DNA from: Octopus sinensis
Taxonomy: Eukaryota
NCBI RefSeq assembly: GCF_006345805.1
Contig: NC_042998.1
Span: 193,006,001-193,070,000, forward strand
Direction of reading: 5' to 3'
Length of the DNA: 64,000 nucleotides
Shown: positions 37,411 to 51,087 of the stretch, one piece after another
How positions within the stretch are numbered: the first letter of the stretch is position 1
Layout: each line of letters starts with the position of its first letter
The notes under the pieces: generated by a model
What the model saw: only the letters and a program-made list of their open reading frames with translations
Database searches by the model: none
Told to the model about the DNA's origin: nothing
Made by a program: the position numbers and the translations under genes

Positions 37411-39087
37411 AATATATATATACACACATATATATATATGTATGTATGTATGTGTGTATATGTGTATGCATGTATGTGTGTGTGTGTGTGTGCGTGTCTG
37501 TGCTTGTGATTGTCCTCCACCACTGCTTGACAACGAATGTTGGTTTGTTTACATCCCTGTCACCTAGTGGTTTGACAAAGGAAACAGATAGAATAAGTAC
37601 AATGCTTACAAAAATAAAACTGGAGTTGATTCATTAAACTACAATTCTTCAAGGCATTGCCCCAGCATGGTCACAGAGCAATGGCTGGAAAAAGCAGAAG
37701 AATAAAAGAATATATTCTCTGCTTTGGTCTTATGTTCAAGGCATGAGAAAGCTTGAGTTTACATGAGAAGGCCTAACAGACCTGGTAGAAACAGCAGCCA
37801 AATCTCCCTCAAATCACACCTTACTGTCTTATGTATGTATATATATATATGAGCCAATGAGGGGGACCTCTACATGGTAGCTAGACCTGGTAGAAATAGC
37901 AGCCAAATCTCCCTCAAATCACACCTTACTGTCTTATCTTTCTGCTACTTGGATATAGGTGTTATATTCGTCGTAAAAAACTTTCCTGTCACACACTCAC
38001 GCACACGCACACACACACACACACACGCACCCTCACACACACACACACGCGCGCACACACACACACTCACACACACGCACGTTAGCTTACAATTTTATTT
38101 ATATATTTGCGTGTTTATGTGTGGAAAATGGAAGTGGGAGGCAGAGTGAAAGAATCACTCACTACAGTAAGTGAATTACTTTCATTTTATTCGTTGCCCA
38201 CTGTGTGTGTGCGTTTGCGTGTGGTGTAAACCAGACTAAGAAAAGCATTTGACACACACACCAGAATGTGAGTTTTCTGTAAATTTTGCTTAATTGGAGT
38301 TTAAATTTTAAAAACTGGACCTGGCATGACGCGATGCATTGTACTCTTAAAAATGCTAGGTAAATTGTAATTGAAGAAATCCTATATTGTAGATTTCTAT
38401 AACTCCCAATGGGAGGCAGATAAAATCTGCCTTTTATAATAAGAGATAGAAGATTACGTGTATATTGATAAATCTCAGCGAGTTATAAACAGTAGCGGTA
38501 ACACATCGTGACGCATATTTGCCATTTGAATATGGTTAACCCCTAAGGGTGGATGCTACTGTAGTTTGTAGCCCCAAGAAGATATCTCCTCCAGCTGGCT
38601 ATAGACACACTATCTGTGCCCTCTCAGTATTTGTGAAGGGAAGTCATCCTCCCCGTCTTCAACTCAAGACACCGTTTTGAGATAAAAAGGAGCAACAAGT
38701 TTATTGACAGAACTCAAACTATGAATCTATTGCTTGGCAGATGTTCACATCAATGCTTATTTCATAGTATCTAAAGTGAAAAGAGCAACTGACAGTTGAT
38801 CTTGGTGTTATCAATAACACAGTCATTGAGCAAGCCATAGGTTTGTAGTTTGAGTTTTATTAGTTCATCGTTGTTAACAGAACTATCTGCTGTGTATTTT
38901 TTCAGAGAACTTTTTCTACGATGTATATAAAGTGCAGTGGATTTTTAAAGGAAACAAGAACAACCTTTAAGCATAATTGGTTGGAGGTTATCTGGATTTA
39001 GATCAAGCAATGAGAATGTATGTAATATTTGCAAGATAAGAGACTAAAGGGAGAAAAGTAGTATATATATATTGTACGAAAGCTAAT

Positions 39088-39463
39088 ACTCTTTACTCTT
39101 TTACTTGTTTTAGTAATTTGGCTGTAGCCATGCTGGAGCACCGCATTTAGTCGAGCAAATCGATCCCAGGACTTATTCTTTGGAAGCCTAGAACTTATTC
39201 TATCGGTCTCTTTTGCCGAGCATCGGTTGTCAAGCGATGTTGGGGGGACAAACACTGACACACAAACATTATATATATATATATATATATGCATATATAC
39301 GATGGTCCTCTTCAGTTTCCGTCTACCAAATCCACTCACAAGGCTTTGATCGGCCCGGAGCTATAGTAGAAGACACTTGCCCAAGGTGCCACGCAGAGTA
39401 GGAGTGAACCTGAAATCATGTGGTTCGTAAGCAAGCTACTTACCACACAGCCACTCCTACACC
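39088..39463 (-). mobile_element. SINE family A
   Basis: Reverse complement of family A with an internal deletion. Confidence 0.85.
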
Positions 39464-39658
39464 TATAATGAGAACTTTATAAAAGAAAGTTTATTATTCT
39501 GATGTCTAAAATTTTCATCGCTTTCACTTCAATTTGCATTTCCTCTACTCTTAAAAACTTTTGATCAACGTTTTCAAATTTTAAACATCGCTAGGGTGAG
39601 TTTTATTGACTAATTTCATGAATCATTTCAGTTGATTGAAGTTTTCAACTCACTATAT

Positions 39659-40736
39659 TAGATATGTGAGGCCCTACTTCTGTTAGTAGTGCCTCCTCTT
39701 AAAAGGAATTTCTGTGAGTTATTTTTTTGCAGCTAATTACTTGTTCCCTTATAAAAAGACTAACCTTGAAGCTGCCCTTCAGGCACCATTTAGGCTATCT
39801 CCCGTGGAAGGCACCTTTGAGGCCTTCGGCTCCACTATCAGGCCGCTTCGCAGCCCTCTGCCTAGGTATAATGTAATGGATTCGGACACATTCATTGTGT
39901 ATGTATCTCCTGGTATTAATTATCCGATACCCCATTCCAAACTCCCTACCTGACATATATCCATACATCCTTACACTCAATACCTATACTTCACTCGCAC
40001 CCATACTTAAACCTCATGTCCATTACTTTGTTAACATGTAATGTCAATTCCATCTCTGTAACAGTGCGTCGGTGAATCAACCCTTGGACCGCTTACTGTC
40101 AGATTTGCCAGTCGACATACAGCTAGTTTCTAGTTTCTGCAGATGTGCTAAACACTGATGCATATAGTTTAATCAATAAGCGTAGGATCAGGTAAATGCA
40201 GTAAAAATAGGGGTCAGTGGGGCCGCATTTAAGCAGCCCTTCAGAAATTGAACCTCCTTACAATACTCCCTGAGAGTTCATAGGATGAAATTCATTGTCA
40301 TTGCTCCGATTCGGTCGTCTATACCATGTATCTAGCTTAAAATGTAGTAAAAATAGGGGGATGTGGGGCCCCAATTAGGTGACCCTTAAAAAAATTGAAC
40401 CCCTTAGGACATTCCCTGGGATTAGGGAAATTGCAGGTTTGAGGTCCTTTTACCAATGGTCTAGGAGAAGTTAATGAACATAACAACATAACGGACAGAG
40501 AAACATCACTCAAATTTATGTTAAGATTAAACAAAAATACTAATGTAAGTTATCCAAAGAATGACCATTCTTTTAAAGACTGGTGAGATTGATGCTGAAC
40601 GAGAACAACCAAAATAGATGTGAGGCCCTGCTTTTGTTAGTAGTGCCTCCTCTTAAAAGAAATTACTGTGAGTTATTTTTTTTGCAGCTAATTACTTGTT
40701 CCCTTATAAAAAGACTAGCCTTGAAGCCGCCCTTCA
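39659..40736 (+). mobile_element. Probable Helentron-like element (39659-40527) followed by a partial second copy of its left end (40615-40736)
   Basis: About 120-bp direct repeats at 39665 and 40619 starting with hairpin gaggccctact..agtagtgcctc; the right end ...ggagaagtt...acggacagag...aaatttatgttaagat resembles the ends at 36986 and 38446. Confidence 0.5.
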
Positions 40737-41073
40737 ATGTAAACTAGGAGTTTGGTACAAGTACTTGCAACAGAGTCAATTCATACAAAGACATGCAGTA
40801 AAATAAATCAGTTGCAGTCTGAGACAGGTCTATGTAAGAGAAGTAATTAATATCCAGGTAAGACACGAACGAAAACAGAGTAAAAGAAACACAAGCAAGA
40901 GTGCAAAATCGATATAATTGCGCTGTGGAGGAAATGAAAACATCGTGTTTCGGAGACACGTTCTTTGTCAAGATAGAAGGAACTAGAAGGAAAAAAAAAA
41001 AAAACGAATGTATAATGTGTTGGGAGATACACATGGAAGACAGAAAGTCAATGGCGTAAAGTCAATGGAGCAA

Positions 41074-41832
41074 GGCGGTGAGCTGGCAGAATCGTTAGCA
41101 CGCCGGGCGAAATGCTTAGCGGTATTTCGTCTGCCGTTACGTTCTGAGTTCAAATTCCGCCGAGGTCGACTTTGCCTTTCATCCTTTCGGGGTCTATAAA
41201 TTAAGTACCAGTTACGCACTAGGGTCGATATAATCGACTTAATCCCTTTGTCTGTCCTTGTTTGTCCTTTCTGTGTTTAGCCCCTTATGGGCAGTAAAGA
41301 AATAGGTATTTCGCCAGCCGCTACATTCTGAGTTCAAATTCTGCCGAAGTCGACTTTGTCTTTCATCCTTTCGGGGTCAATTAAATTAAGTACCAGTTAC
41401 GCACTGGGGTCGATATAATCGACTTAATCCGTTTGTCTGTCTTTGTCCTCAGACCGTTGTGGGTAGTAAAGAAATAAGTATTTCGTCTGCCGCTTCGTTC
41501 GGAGTTCAAATTCCGCCGAGGTCGACTTTGCCTTTCATCCTTTCGGGGTCAATAAATTAAGTACCAGTTACGCACTGGAGTCGATGTAATCGACTTAATC
41601 CGTTTGTCTGTCCTTGTTTGTCCTTTCTGTGTTTAGCCCCTTGTGGACAGTAAAGAAATAGGTATTTTGCCTGCTGCTACGTTCTGAGTTCAAATTCCAC
41701 TGAGGTCGACTTTGCCTTTCGTCCTTTCGGGGTCGATAAATTAAGTACCAGTTACTATGTAATCGACTTAATCCGTTTGTCTGTTCTTGTTTGTCCCTTC
41801 TGTGTTTAGCCCCTTGTGGGTAATAAAGAAAC
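41074..41832 (+). mobile_element. SINE family B (Deu/Nin-domain-like), head plus 4 tandem units of about 180 bp
   Basis: ggcggtgagctggcagaa head, gagttcaaattc B-box, gcctttcatcctttcggggtcgataaattaagtacc domain four times. Confidence 0.9.
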
Positions 41833-42894
41833 AGTTTATTAAATTAGGCAAACTGTTTGGCCTATTATTCTCTGACAAACTTAGCTGTCATTATCCTTGA
41901 TCTAAATAATAGTGATGTAGATTCTGGGGAGATTCATTGCCAGCTGCGACATTTTTTCAATTGATGGGCGAATTAAGTTGTTTTCAGAGAATTTATTTTA
42001 ATAAATACATTCAAAAGGTGTTAAAAATGGGAAAGAAATGTGAATTTTATGAACAGGTATCGCAATTTTCATCTTGAAGTGGAAGTCTTGCTTGACCCTT
42101 CCGGGGATTAAACACGAAATGTTGCGTAGATATTACACTAAGAGAATTTGAACCATTATTCCAATTGAAAAGGTATCATACCGATAAAATAATATCATTA
42201 TTAACCTAATTAATTAAATTGCTAGTGGGGGTACATTTTAATTTCTTTTCTCTGAATTAATCAAAGCATACTTAATAAGATAATGTGAATAAGAATTAAT
42301 GGCAATGGAATGAAAACACTCCCAAGTGTCAGAGAAAACAAATTGACTGATTTGTTACAAGAAATCGTTATAAATTGAAGTCCATTGAACGCCGAGATAA
42401 GACGCTCACATAATTATATATTTATGCTTTTGTAGTGTACACATACATACACACGAAATGTGAACAAGTGCATTCGCTAAGCATAGAGAATATTCATTCG
42501 GATTCAAAGGTAACTTTAGATTTTAAAATATTTAGCTGTGTGTCATAAGTTTAAAATACACCTAGACTTGCATTTGAAGTTATTGTCGTTGATAAAATTG
42601 AATGTAATTTTCAATATGTTATCTCTGCTAAATACAAATAGCAGTTACGTCCGTCTTGTTGACATTGTATGGTTACATTTAATATATTAAATAATCACTA
42701 AGTTATATATTCAATGTTAGAGTTGCTTGAAAACAAAACTGCCGTATTTAAAGAGATTTAAAAGAGAAAGAGATTACTGTAAACCTCATGTGATGCACTT
42801 GTTTCATACAAATAAACAGGAAAATAGCATTCAAAGTTTAAGCAGGAATTTTCAAACGAACAACACAAAAAGCCATACACACATACATATTTAC

Positions 42895-42931
<37 letters not shown>

Positions 42932-42934
<3 letters not shown>

Positions 42935-43300
42935 AGACCGATAGAATAAGTACTAGGCTTACAAAGAATAAGTCGATTTGTTCGACTAAAGGCGGTGCTC
43001 CAGCATGGCCACAGTCAAATGACTGAAACAAGTAAAAGAGTATATATGCTCCAGCATATATATATATATATATATACTCTTTTACTTGTTTCAGTCATTT
43101 GACTGTGGGCATGCTGGACCACCGTCTTTAGTCGAGCAAATCGACTTATTCTTTGTAAGCCTAGTACTTATTCTATCTGTGTCTTTTTGCCGAACCGCTA
43201 AGTTACGAGGCCGTAAACATACTAGCATCGGTTATCAAGCGATGTTGGGGGTACAAACACAGACACACAAACATATGCACACACATACATACATATATAT

Positions 43301-43336
<36 letters not shown>

Positions 43337-43510
43337 AACATACATATATATACGACGGGCTTCTTTCAGTTTCCGTCAACCAAATCCACTCACAAGGCTT
43401 TGGTCAGCCCGAGGCTATAGTAGAAGACACTTGCCCCAGGTGCCACGCAGTGGGACTGATCCTGGAACCATGTGGTTGGTAAGCAAGCTACTTACCACAC
43501 AGCCACTCCT
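42932..43510. mobile_element. Tail-to-tail SINE family A pair (42932-43040 +, 43076-43510 -)
   Basis: A 3' fragment and a full copy in opposite orientation separated by (TA)n. Confidence 0.85.
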
Positions 43511-44517
43511 ATATATATATATATACATACATACGTGTAGACATACAAGCATGTCAAATTTACCTAGTTCGTTTTATACTGGAAAGAAAGGAGGTACATC
43601 TTTAATCGAGTTTCAATCCTTATTGGTGTCTCGTCAGAGCTGTTTACATCATTTCAAGAATACAAATGGCAATAAGTAGCAAATATATTTACACACATAT
43701 ATGGGGTGCATGGCCTTCGTGGTTAGAGTATCGCGAGATCGTAGCTTCAATTCCCTGACTCGGTGGGGCGTTGTGTTCTTGAATAAAACACTTCATCTCA
43801 GTCTGTCGATTCTCTCGACATCCATAGCGTGACACATCGTACACCTGTTCGGACAAGGGAGATTTGATGGCAAGCGTGAGCTAATGTGTAGCACATGCAT
43901 TTGATCGCTATAAACTGATCATTTGTGTAGGTTTCTTAGCAAGATATTACAGAACTGTCTTTCTTGGACTACGTGAGACTACCACTGGGCAAGATCACTC
44001 TCTTATATAAAGATAAAACGTGAGCACCGGGCTGCTGGTTGAACTAGTCTAGGCTCTTAAAATCCATTTCCTTAATCAGGGTAGAAAAAGAGTTGGCTGT
44101 GAGAAATGTATAGTTCGAGTTATATATAAATATATTTGGCGAAGAAAGCAAAGTCGCTGATAACCATCGCAGCTGTTTCAAAACTCCAGTGATTTGTTGA
44201 TGTGATATAGGACATTACGCAAACGGGTGTGCCTACTGTTGCAGCAATACACACGGAACAAGTAGAAACTTCTATAAACACATAAGCATGTCAGATAAAT
44301 ATCATCAAGCTGGAAGCGCTGACGTGCCGAACTTTATCTTCAGAAGGAAGAGTGGCAATATTTTATAACAGATTATTATTATTATTATTATATTATTATT
44401 ATTATTAAGTACCAGCTGAGTACTGGGGGTCGATGTAATCGGCTATCCCTCTTCCCCCAATTTCAGACCTTGTGCCTATAGTAGAAAGGATTATTATTAT
44501 TATTATTATTATTATTA

Positions 44518-44850
44518 TTTGCCATCAAGATGTAGGACAAGATACTGCAATAGCCTGGGCTTCAGAGGTCCACATCTCTTCAATATCCTCCTGAAGGACC
44601 TGAGAGACCTGCATGGGGTGGATGCAGATGTCTTTAAAATAAAGCTGGAGCTCTTCCTGTGAGGTGTCCCAGATAAACCAACTTCACGGCAGGAGGTGCA
44701 GATGAGGGCAGCTGCATCGAACTCTCTCCTGCACCAAATGTCAATTGCTAAAAAGCATTCGTGAAGTAAAATCATGTAGCAACACCGAATGGCGGTGCCC
44801 CAGCATGGCCACAGCTTGTGAGCTGAAACTAGATGAAATGAAATGAAATA
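44518..44850 (+). mobile_element. CR1/L2-group LINE 3' fragment
   Basis: Translation FRGPHLFNILLKDLRDLHGVDADVFKIKLELFL*GVPDKPT parallels the ORF tail at 27832-28204; (GAAAT)n tail. Confidence 0.7.
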
Positions 44851-44857
44851 TGAAGAC

Positions 44858-45175
44858 GGCGAGCAGGCTAAATCGTTAGCGTGTTGGGAAAAATGCTTAG
44901 CGACGTTTCGTCCGTCGCTACGTTCTGAGTTCAAATTCTGCCGAGGTCGACTTAGCCTTTCATCTTTTCGGGTTCGATAAATCAAGTACCAGTTGAGTAC
45001 TGGGGTCGATCTAATCGACTTAACTCCTCCGTCCAAACTTCAGGCTTTGTGCCTTTAGTAGAAAGAATCATTATTATCATCATCATTATTATTATTATTA
45101 TATGAAGGTGGTGAGCAGGCAAAATCGTTAGCATGCTGGACAAAATGCTTAGCGGCATTTCGTCTGTCTTCACGT
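44858..45175 (+). mobile_element. SINE family B copy plus a second head fragment
   Basis: Head, B-box and gcctttcatc...gataaatcaagtacc domain. Confidence 0.8.
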
Positions 45176-45299
45176 ATTTATACTCGTTGTCGTCAGTTCC
45201 CCATAACTTCTCCATCATGAAAAACTGTCAGCTTTATTTTGCTGAACATTATAAAAAAGTGTCAGTTGTTGAAAGCCAGCAGACTAAGGTGACACTTGT

Positions 45300-45950
45300 T
45301 TACTGATCATGCTTCAAGAGTCCTACAGAGAACTCTTGCAGTTCCAAACAATAATGACTTTCGTTGGTGTTCTATTTTTATGTTTGTTCCAATCTTCTCG
45401 AGCCACTTTGGTTATTGGGTACTGATACTTCCAAACGCACCAATCACTATGGGTATTACGTCCACTTTCTTCATTGCACATAGCCTGCACACAACCTTCA
45501 AGTCATCAACAACTATGATGAATTAAAGTATTTTCCACTTTAATTCATCATAGTTGTTCCTGGGTTTTTCTTCGTCCCCTTCAATGTTGTCATCACTTAA
45601 ACATGCTATATTAATTATCAGGCATTTGTTTACTTTTCTGTTCACTACAATAATGTCAGATTTTCGATATTTAATCTGATGGTCACACTGAATCATTGCC
45701 TCTCACAGAATTTTGCAATCCTCATTCTCAGAAACTCTTTCTGAGATTTGGTCCTACCACACCTTTAATCTTTCTGGGCTATAATTTCTACAAATATCCT
45801 ATTCTTGCTACATTGTCATGTCACCTTTTGTATTCCCGTTGTGCCAATTTCGGGCATCCATTAACAATATGCCACACTTTTCATCCCTTTCACCACACAT
45901 TCTGCGTTTGTTGCTCTCAATTTTATTAACTCTACACTTCATCTAGTTTG
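45300..45950 (-). mobile_element. Decayed non-LTR element with restriction-like endonuclease (R4/Dong-like)
   Basis: Minus translations KSDIIVVNRKVNKCLIINIAC (PD..D-type RLE region) and VIPIVIGAFGS (PIVxGAxG motif). Confidence 0.65.
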
Positions 45951-46516
45951 TCCTCAATGATTGTTCTTGTGCCGCTTCTGTTTCTATCTTCAAGTCACAC
46001 CTTTGCATCCATAATCACCGGTCTTCTGTACCTATCTTTGTACATTTTTCCCTTTCCATGCTATTTCTTTTTTTTTCTTTCTTTGGATGATGCCAGACTT
46101 CTTCGTATGCATCAACAATACTCCTACGGAATTATTATCATTATCCTTCTATTCTTACGTCTATTTCATTGACGTTTCTATGCTTTTAAATGTAAACTTG
46201 CTGCTAAAAAGTTTGCATTTTTTCACTCTCCCTTTCGAAGAAAAAATTCGGCATGACAACACTTCCAAGTTGATCGTATTAATAATCTGTTATGTGTTGA
46301 TAATAATTTCTGTTTGTTAGATTATAGTATCAGTACGCAAGCTCGTTTGTGTGGTACACATTATTAAATCAACAAATCAACAAATCACCGAATTTTTGAA
46401 ACAGCTGTACAGTATATCGAGCATCTTTTTTCTTCGCCGAATATCTTTATGATTACTTTGTGTAATATTTGTTATAAATGATATAATGGCATATATACAT
46501 GCATTTTCATCTTTTG

Positions 46517-46562
<46 letters not shown>

Positions 46563-46567
<5 letters not shown>

Positions 46568-46900
46568 TACGCACGTATGCATATGTTATATGTATATATG
46601 TATGTGAAGTGTACATACATATATATATATATACATATATATGCAATACGCATTTATATATACATAATATATATGTATATACATAATATATATATCTCTA
46701 ATTTTATATATATATATATATATAATATATATATATGCATACGCACGTATGCATATGTTATATGTATATATGTATGTGAAGTGTACATACATATATATAT
46801 ATATACATATATATGCAATACGCATTTATATATACATAATATATATGTATATACATAATATATATATCTCTAATTTTATATATATATATATTATATATAT
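46563..46900. repeat. About 172-bp tandem duplication within a TA-rich tract
   Basis: atgcatacgcacgtatgcatatg...ctctaattttata at about 46563 and 46735. Confidence 0.9.
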
Positions 46901-47570
46901 ATATATTATATATATATATATTACACATATATCTCTGCGTGTATATATATATATCGATAACGGTTTAACATCCATTTCCAATAAAGGATAGAGAATACAG
47001 GATGTTCACCTGCAAATAATCTTGTGATGTAAGTTTAATTTATGAGTTATGAAGTTTAGGAATCTCTTACATGTGGGGTTATTTCTAACAATTCTCCAAT
47101 ATTATTCGCGATTTGTTTGAATTTCGTGACAATATTTGTAATATGCATCAATTGAAGAAAAAGTAGGTGTGCTAATATTGAGATAATATTGTCATCAACA
47201 AGAAAGAAATTGCAGCTAATATCTGTGTTGAGCGGAAGTAACTTTACAGTACTGCACTCTATGTTGAGTGATATTTAGCGACATTTTTTTCTTTTCAATT
47301 TAAATTCAAATCCTTCTAAGGCTGGCTTTGCGTTTCACCTACGATAAGTTGCTAAATAGATATCAGTATTATATCGAGCTAAAAATAATGTATGTGAAAT
47401 ACTAATGCAACATCCGGAGTAATCCCGGACATGTTATCACCCGGGAACTGACTAATAGGAAGCTGAACCGTAAGAGTCCTTTCCAAACATGATCACGATC
47501 TTATTGGAATAAGAAGGTGCCACTGCTGGTTAGAGAATGTGTTATGTGTTACGTATTATATGTTTATATA

Positions 47571-47782
47571 GGCGTAGGAGTGGCTGTGTGGTAAGTTGCA
47601 TGCTTACGAGCCACATGGTTCCGGGTTCAGTCCCGCTGCGTGGCACCTTGGGCAAGTGTCTTTTACTATAGCCTCGGGCCAACCATAGCCTTGTGAGTGG
47701 ATTTGGTAGACGGTAACTGAAAGAAGCGACCAAAGCCTTGTGAGTGGATTTGGTAGACGGAAACTGAAAGAAGCCCGTCGTA

Positions 47783-47846
<64 letters not shown>

Positions 47847-48051
47847 TGTTTGTGTGTCTGTGTTTGTCCCCCTAGCATTGCTTGACAACCGATGCTGGTG
47901 TGTTTATGTCCCCGTTACTTAGCGGTTCGGCAAAAGAGACCGATAGAATAAGTATTGGGCTTACAAAAGAATAAGTCCCGGGGTCGAGTTGCTCGTTTAA
48001 AGGCGGTGCTCCAGCATGGCTGCAGTCAAATGACTGAAACAAGTAAAAGAG

Positions 48052-48097
<46 letters not shown>

Positions 48098-48372
48098 TGT
48101 GTGGTGTATATATGTGTGTGTGTGTGTATATATATGTATGTGTGTGTATATGTTTGCGTGTCTGTGTTTGTGTCCCCCCCCCAACATCGCTTGACAACAA
48201 CCGATGCTGATGTGTTTACGTCCCCGTAACTTAGCGGTTCGGTAAAAGGAGCCCGATAGAATAAGTACTAGGCTTACAATGAATAAGTCCTGGGGCCGAT
48301 TTGCTCGACTAAAGGCGGTGCTCCAGCATGGCCGCAGTCAAATAACTGAAACAAGTAAAAGAGTAAAAGAGT
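47571..48372 (+). mobile_element. SINE family A full copy (47571-48051, internal 48-bp duplication) plus a second 3' half (48150-48372)
   Basis: Family A head, body and tail; ccttgtgagtggatttggtagacgg occurs twice. Confidence 0.9.
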
Positions 48373-48955
48373 ACCATACACGCGGAAACGCCAGTCCAAG
48401 ATGTTATTGATAATTGATAATCTTATTCGACATAATTTTACTGAAGACGTGTTAAGCTATTGTTTCGACTGTTTTTGAGTGAAATATCGTACTTGTGGTT
48501 CTTTCTAGACAAAAAATCCTCAAATACAGAGAGGGGGAAAATGTTCCTGACTATCTCGCATTTCCTAGTCGTTTACGCTCACTGGACCGATGTTGTATGA
48601 GTTTCCGGCTCTGTTGTTGCACAACAACTTATCCCTTGTTCACACTATTATAGAAAGAGTAAAGTCGATTAAATCGACCCTGTTGAATTTGTAGCTCAGT
48701 TTTATTAATACTGATATGGTGATGACGAGCCAGCCAAGCCACGGTTGGATTTGGTCTAAGAACTTGCACAATTTACTCTTCTATGAGTCTGTCCTCAGAG
48801 CAGGTTTGGCTGGCGATTGCAGAAATCTTTTAAATTAATACCAATGTATTAACAATTGCTATTTCAAAAGCAAAATCAACAAACGTAGGACCTGAACTCA
48901 AAACCATAAATACCTCACAACAGTTAGGTATGAGGCATTAAGGCACTGTACCATG

Positions 48956-48991
<36 letters not shown>

Positions 48992-48993
<2 letters not shown>

Positions 48994-49548
48994 TGCCCTG
49001 ATGCAGTACCAGGCAGTGGCTCTCATGGCTTCTGATCTTAAATGATTGGAAGTGTTATCATGTACATTGTTTTGTCTTGGTATAAAAGATGGGCTACAGC
49101 AAATATTCTGCTCAATACCACAGATTTGTTTGTCAGTTGTTTGACCTCAACCAGTTGAGCATGTCCCTTAGTGGCTGACGATATGTGCATCTCTGATCAC
49201 GAGCAGAAGTAGTGGGGGAGCATCATAGGCATGTATTGAGAGGGATTCTTTGGGGTTTGAATAAGTCACCTCTGGAAACATGGGTGGTTCTTTCAACATC
49301 CTTAAACAACCCTTATTCAGGGACCTTTTGAGCGGGATGGGCTACTCAACCTGAAGAAAATTCTAACTGGGCCCCACCTGCAAGGTCATGCGCTGTTTAT
49401 CTTGATATGAGATCACCATGTCACCACATATGGTTGTGATGCATGTGGCTGGTGTACCCTTATCAGACGGGTAGTCATGATGGGTATATTGGGCTTCGTA
49501 TATTTTACGCCAGTGTCACTTTGATGGCATGAACTGCTCTCTCACTCA
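48992..49548 (+). mobile_element. About 555-bp non-coding insertion inside a (TAA)n microsatellite
   Basis: GC-richer block bounded on both sides by (TAA)n (48956-48991 and 49549-49574); family not identifiable by eye. Confidence 0.6.
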
Positions 49549-50864
49549 ATAATAATAATAATAATAATAATAATATTAGCTGCAATTTTGTATTCTTTGA
49601 ACGTCGTATTATTTAAATATTTGCACATCAATATTTTCTCAATGGTGACAATATTTGGTGTCAATATATATTTGGTGACAATACATTTTGTCACCAAATA
49701 AAGCGAAGAAACTAAACTCCAACGCATTTATAGAAAAATTTCTCCTTGGATAAAAATCTTAATAAATACAGGATTGGGAGAATTCTAACATTTCCAGCTG
49801 CGTCCTTTTTCGATGAATAATTTATTGACCCCGAAAGGAGGAAAGGCGAGGTGGCCTTCAGCGGAAATTGAACTCAGAAGACTTATGAAATGCTGTTATG
49901 TATTTTGTCTGGTATTTTCTGTGTTGTGTAGCCTCAGTTTTTCATCAAAGACTTCTTAGACATACCGTTGTTACGTTAGACAAGAACAACATAATCATTA
50001 ACTATGCTTTACCGTTTCACTCAACACCATTTGTGCCATAAAATATTACGGTTTAGTTTTTAGCACAGGGCTACATTTTTTCCAGAAATAGATGAAGTTG
50101 ATTTAACTGTTGCTTTAGATTGATATTTATTATTATTTTTTTAAACTGGAAGGATCAAAAACAAAATTGATCATAGTAAGAATCGAACTCAATATATAGA
50201 ATGAAATTAAACGTAAAAATAATCTGGATAAGCTTAATTTTTTTTTACTGTCTTACAGCCTACGATACAAGACCACCTTCTTTTCATCTTCCTCAATCTC
50301 GACGAAGGCCAAGAGTCCGAAACGTCATATTATTTACTCCTCACGATAAGTAAAGTTAATGAATTCTTCTACAACTTTACTGAGGCCTTATATTGTAGCT
50401 TTATTGTTTCTACAAGAATAATTTCGGCAGTTTTGTTAGGCAGTAATTATAATAATGGTTTCAGTCAAAGTTATTGAAGTTGTTAATTTTGTGCAGCTGT
50501 GCTTACATAACACCATGTACGTTAATTCATTAGTGTCATGGTATTTAAGCACAATTATCCGGCAAAGAGCATATTTTATTATTGGTTGCTTTACTACTAA
50601 TTAACAAAATCTGGTTGCAATATATTATGGAAAATGTTGCCATAGAAACAGAAAACAGTTGGATTCGAATCGCCGAGGAGCCGACAAGATATTAATGGTA
50701 ATATTCTCCCTCAAACAACTTTACACTTTTAAAAGAAAACGGTGAATATACAATGTCTGGGGTGTTACAGTTGGAACTCTTTAATCAGAATTGCTCAAAC
50801 AATAGCATCAGCTTAAACAATAACATTAAAGTAAGCGAAATAGTATATTTTGGTTTAAAATATA

Positions 50865-51087
50865 TATTTCTTTACTACCCACAACGGGCTAAACACATAG
50901 GGGACAAACAAGGACAGACAAATGGATTACGTCGACCCCAGTGCGTAACTGGTACTTAATTTATCGACCCCGAAAGGATGAAAGGCAAAGTCGACCTCGG
51001 CGGAATTTGAACTCAGAACGTAACGGCAGACGAAATACAGCTACGCATTTCGCCCGGCGTGCTAACGTTTCTGCCAGCTTGCCGCCT
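50865..51087 (-). mobile_element. SINE family B monomer
   Basis: Reverse complement of the first unit at 41074. Confidence 0.85.

Noticed and set aside
40940-40976. Possible U3:A8 hammerhead variant on the minus strand (UUGACAA...GAAACACG)
   Set aside because: Helix II and helix III do not pair convincingly and no second copy is available to confirm.
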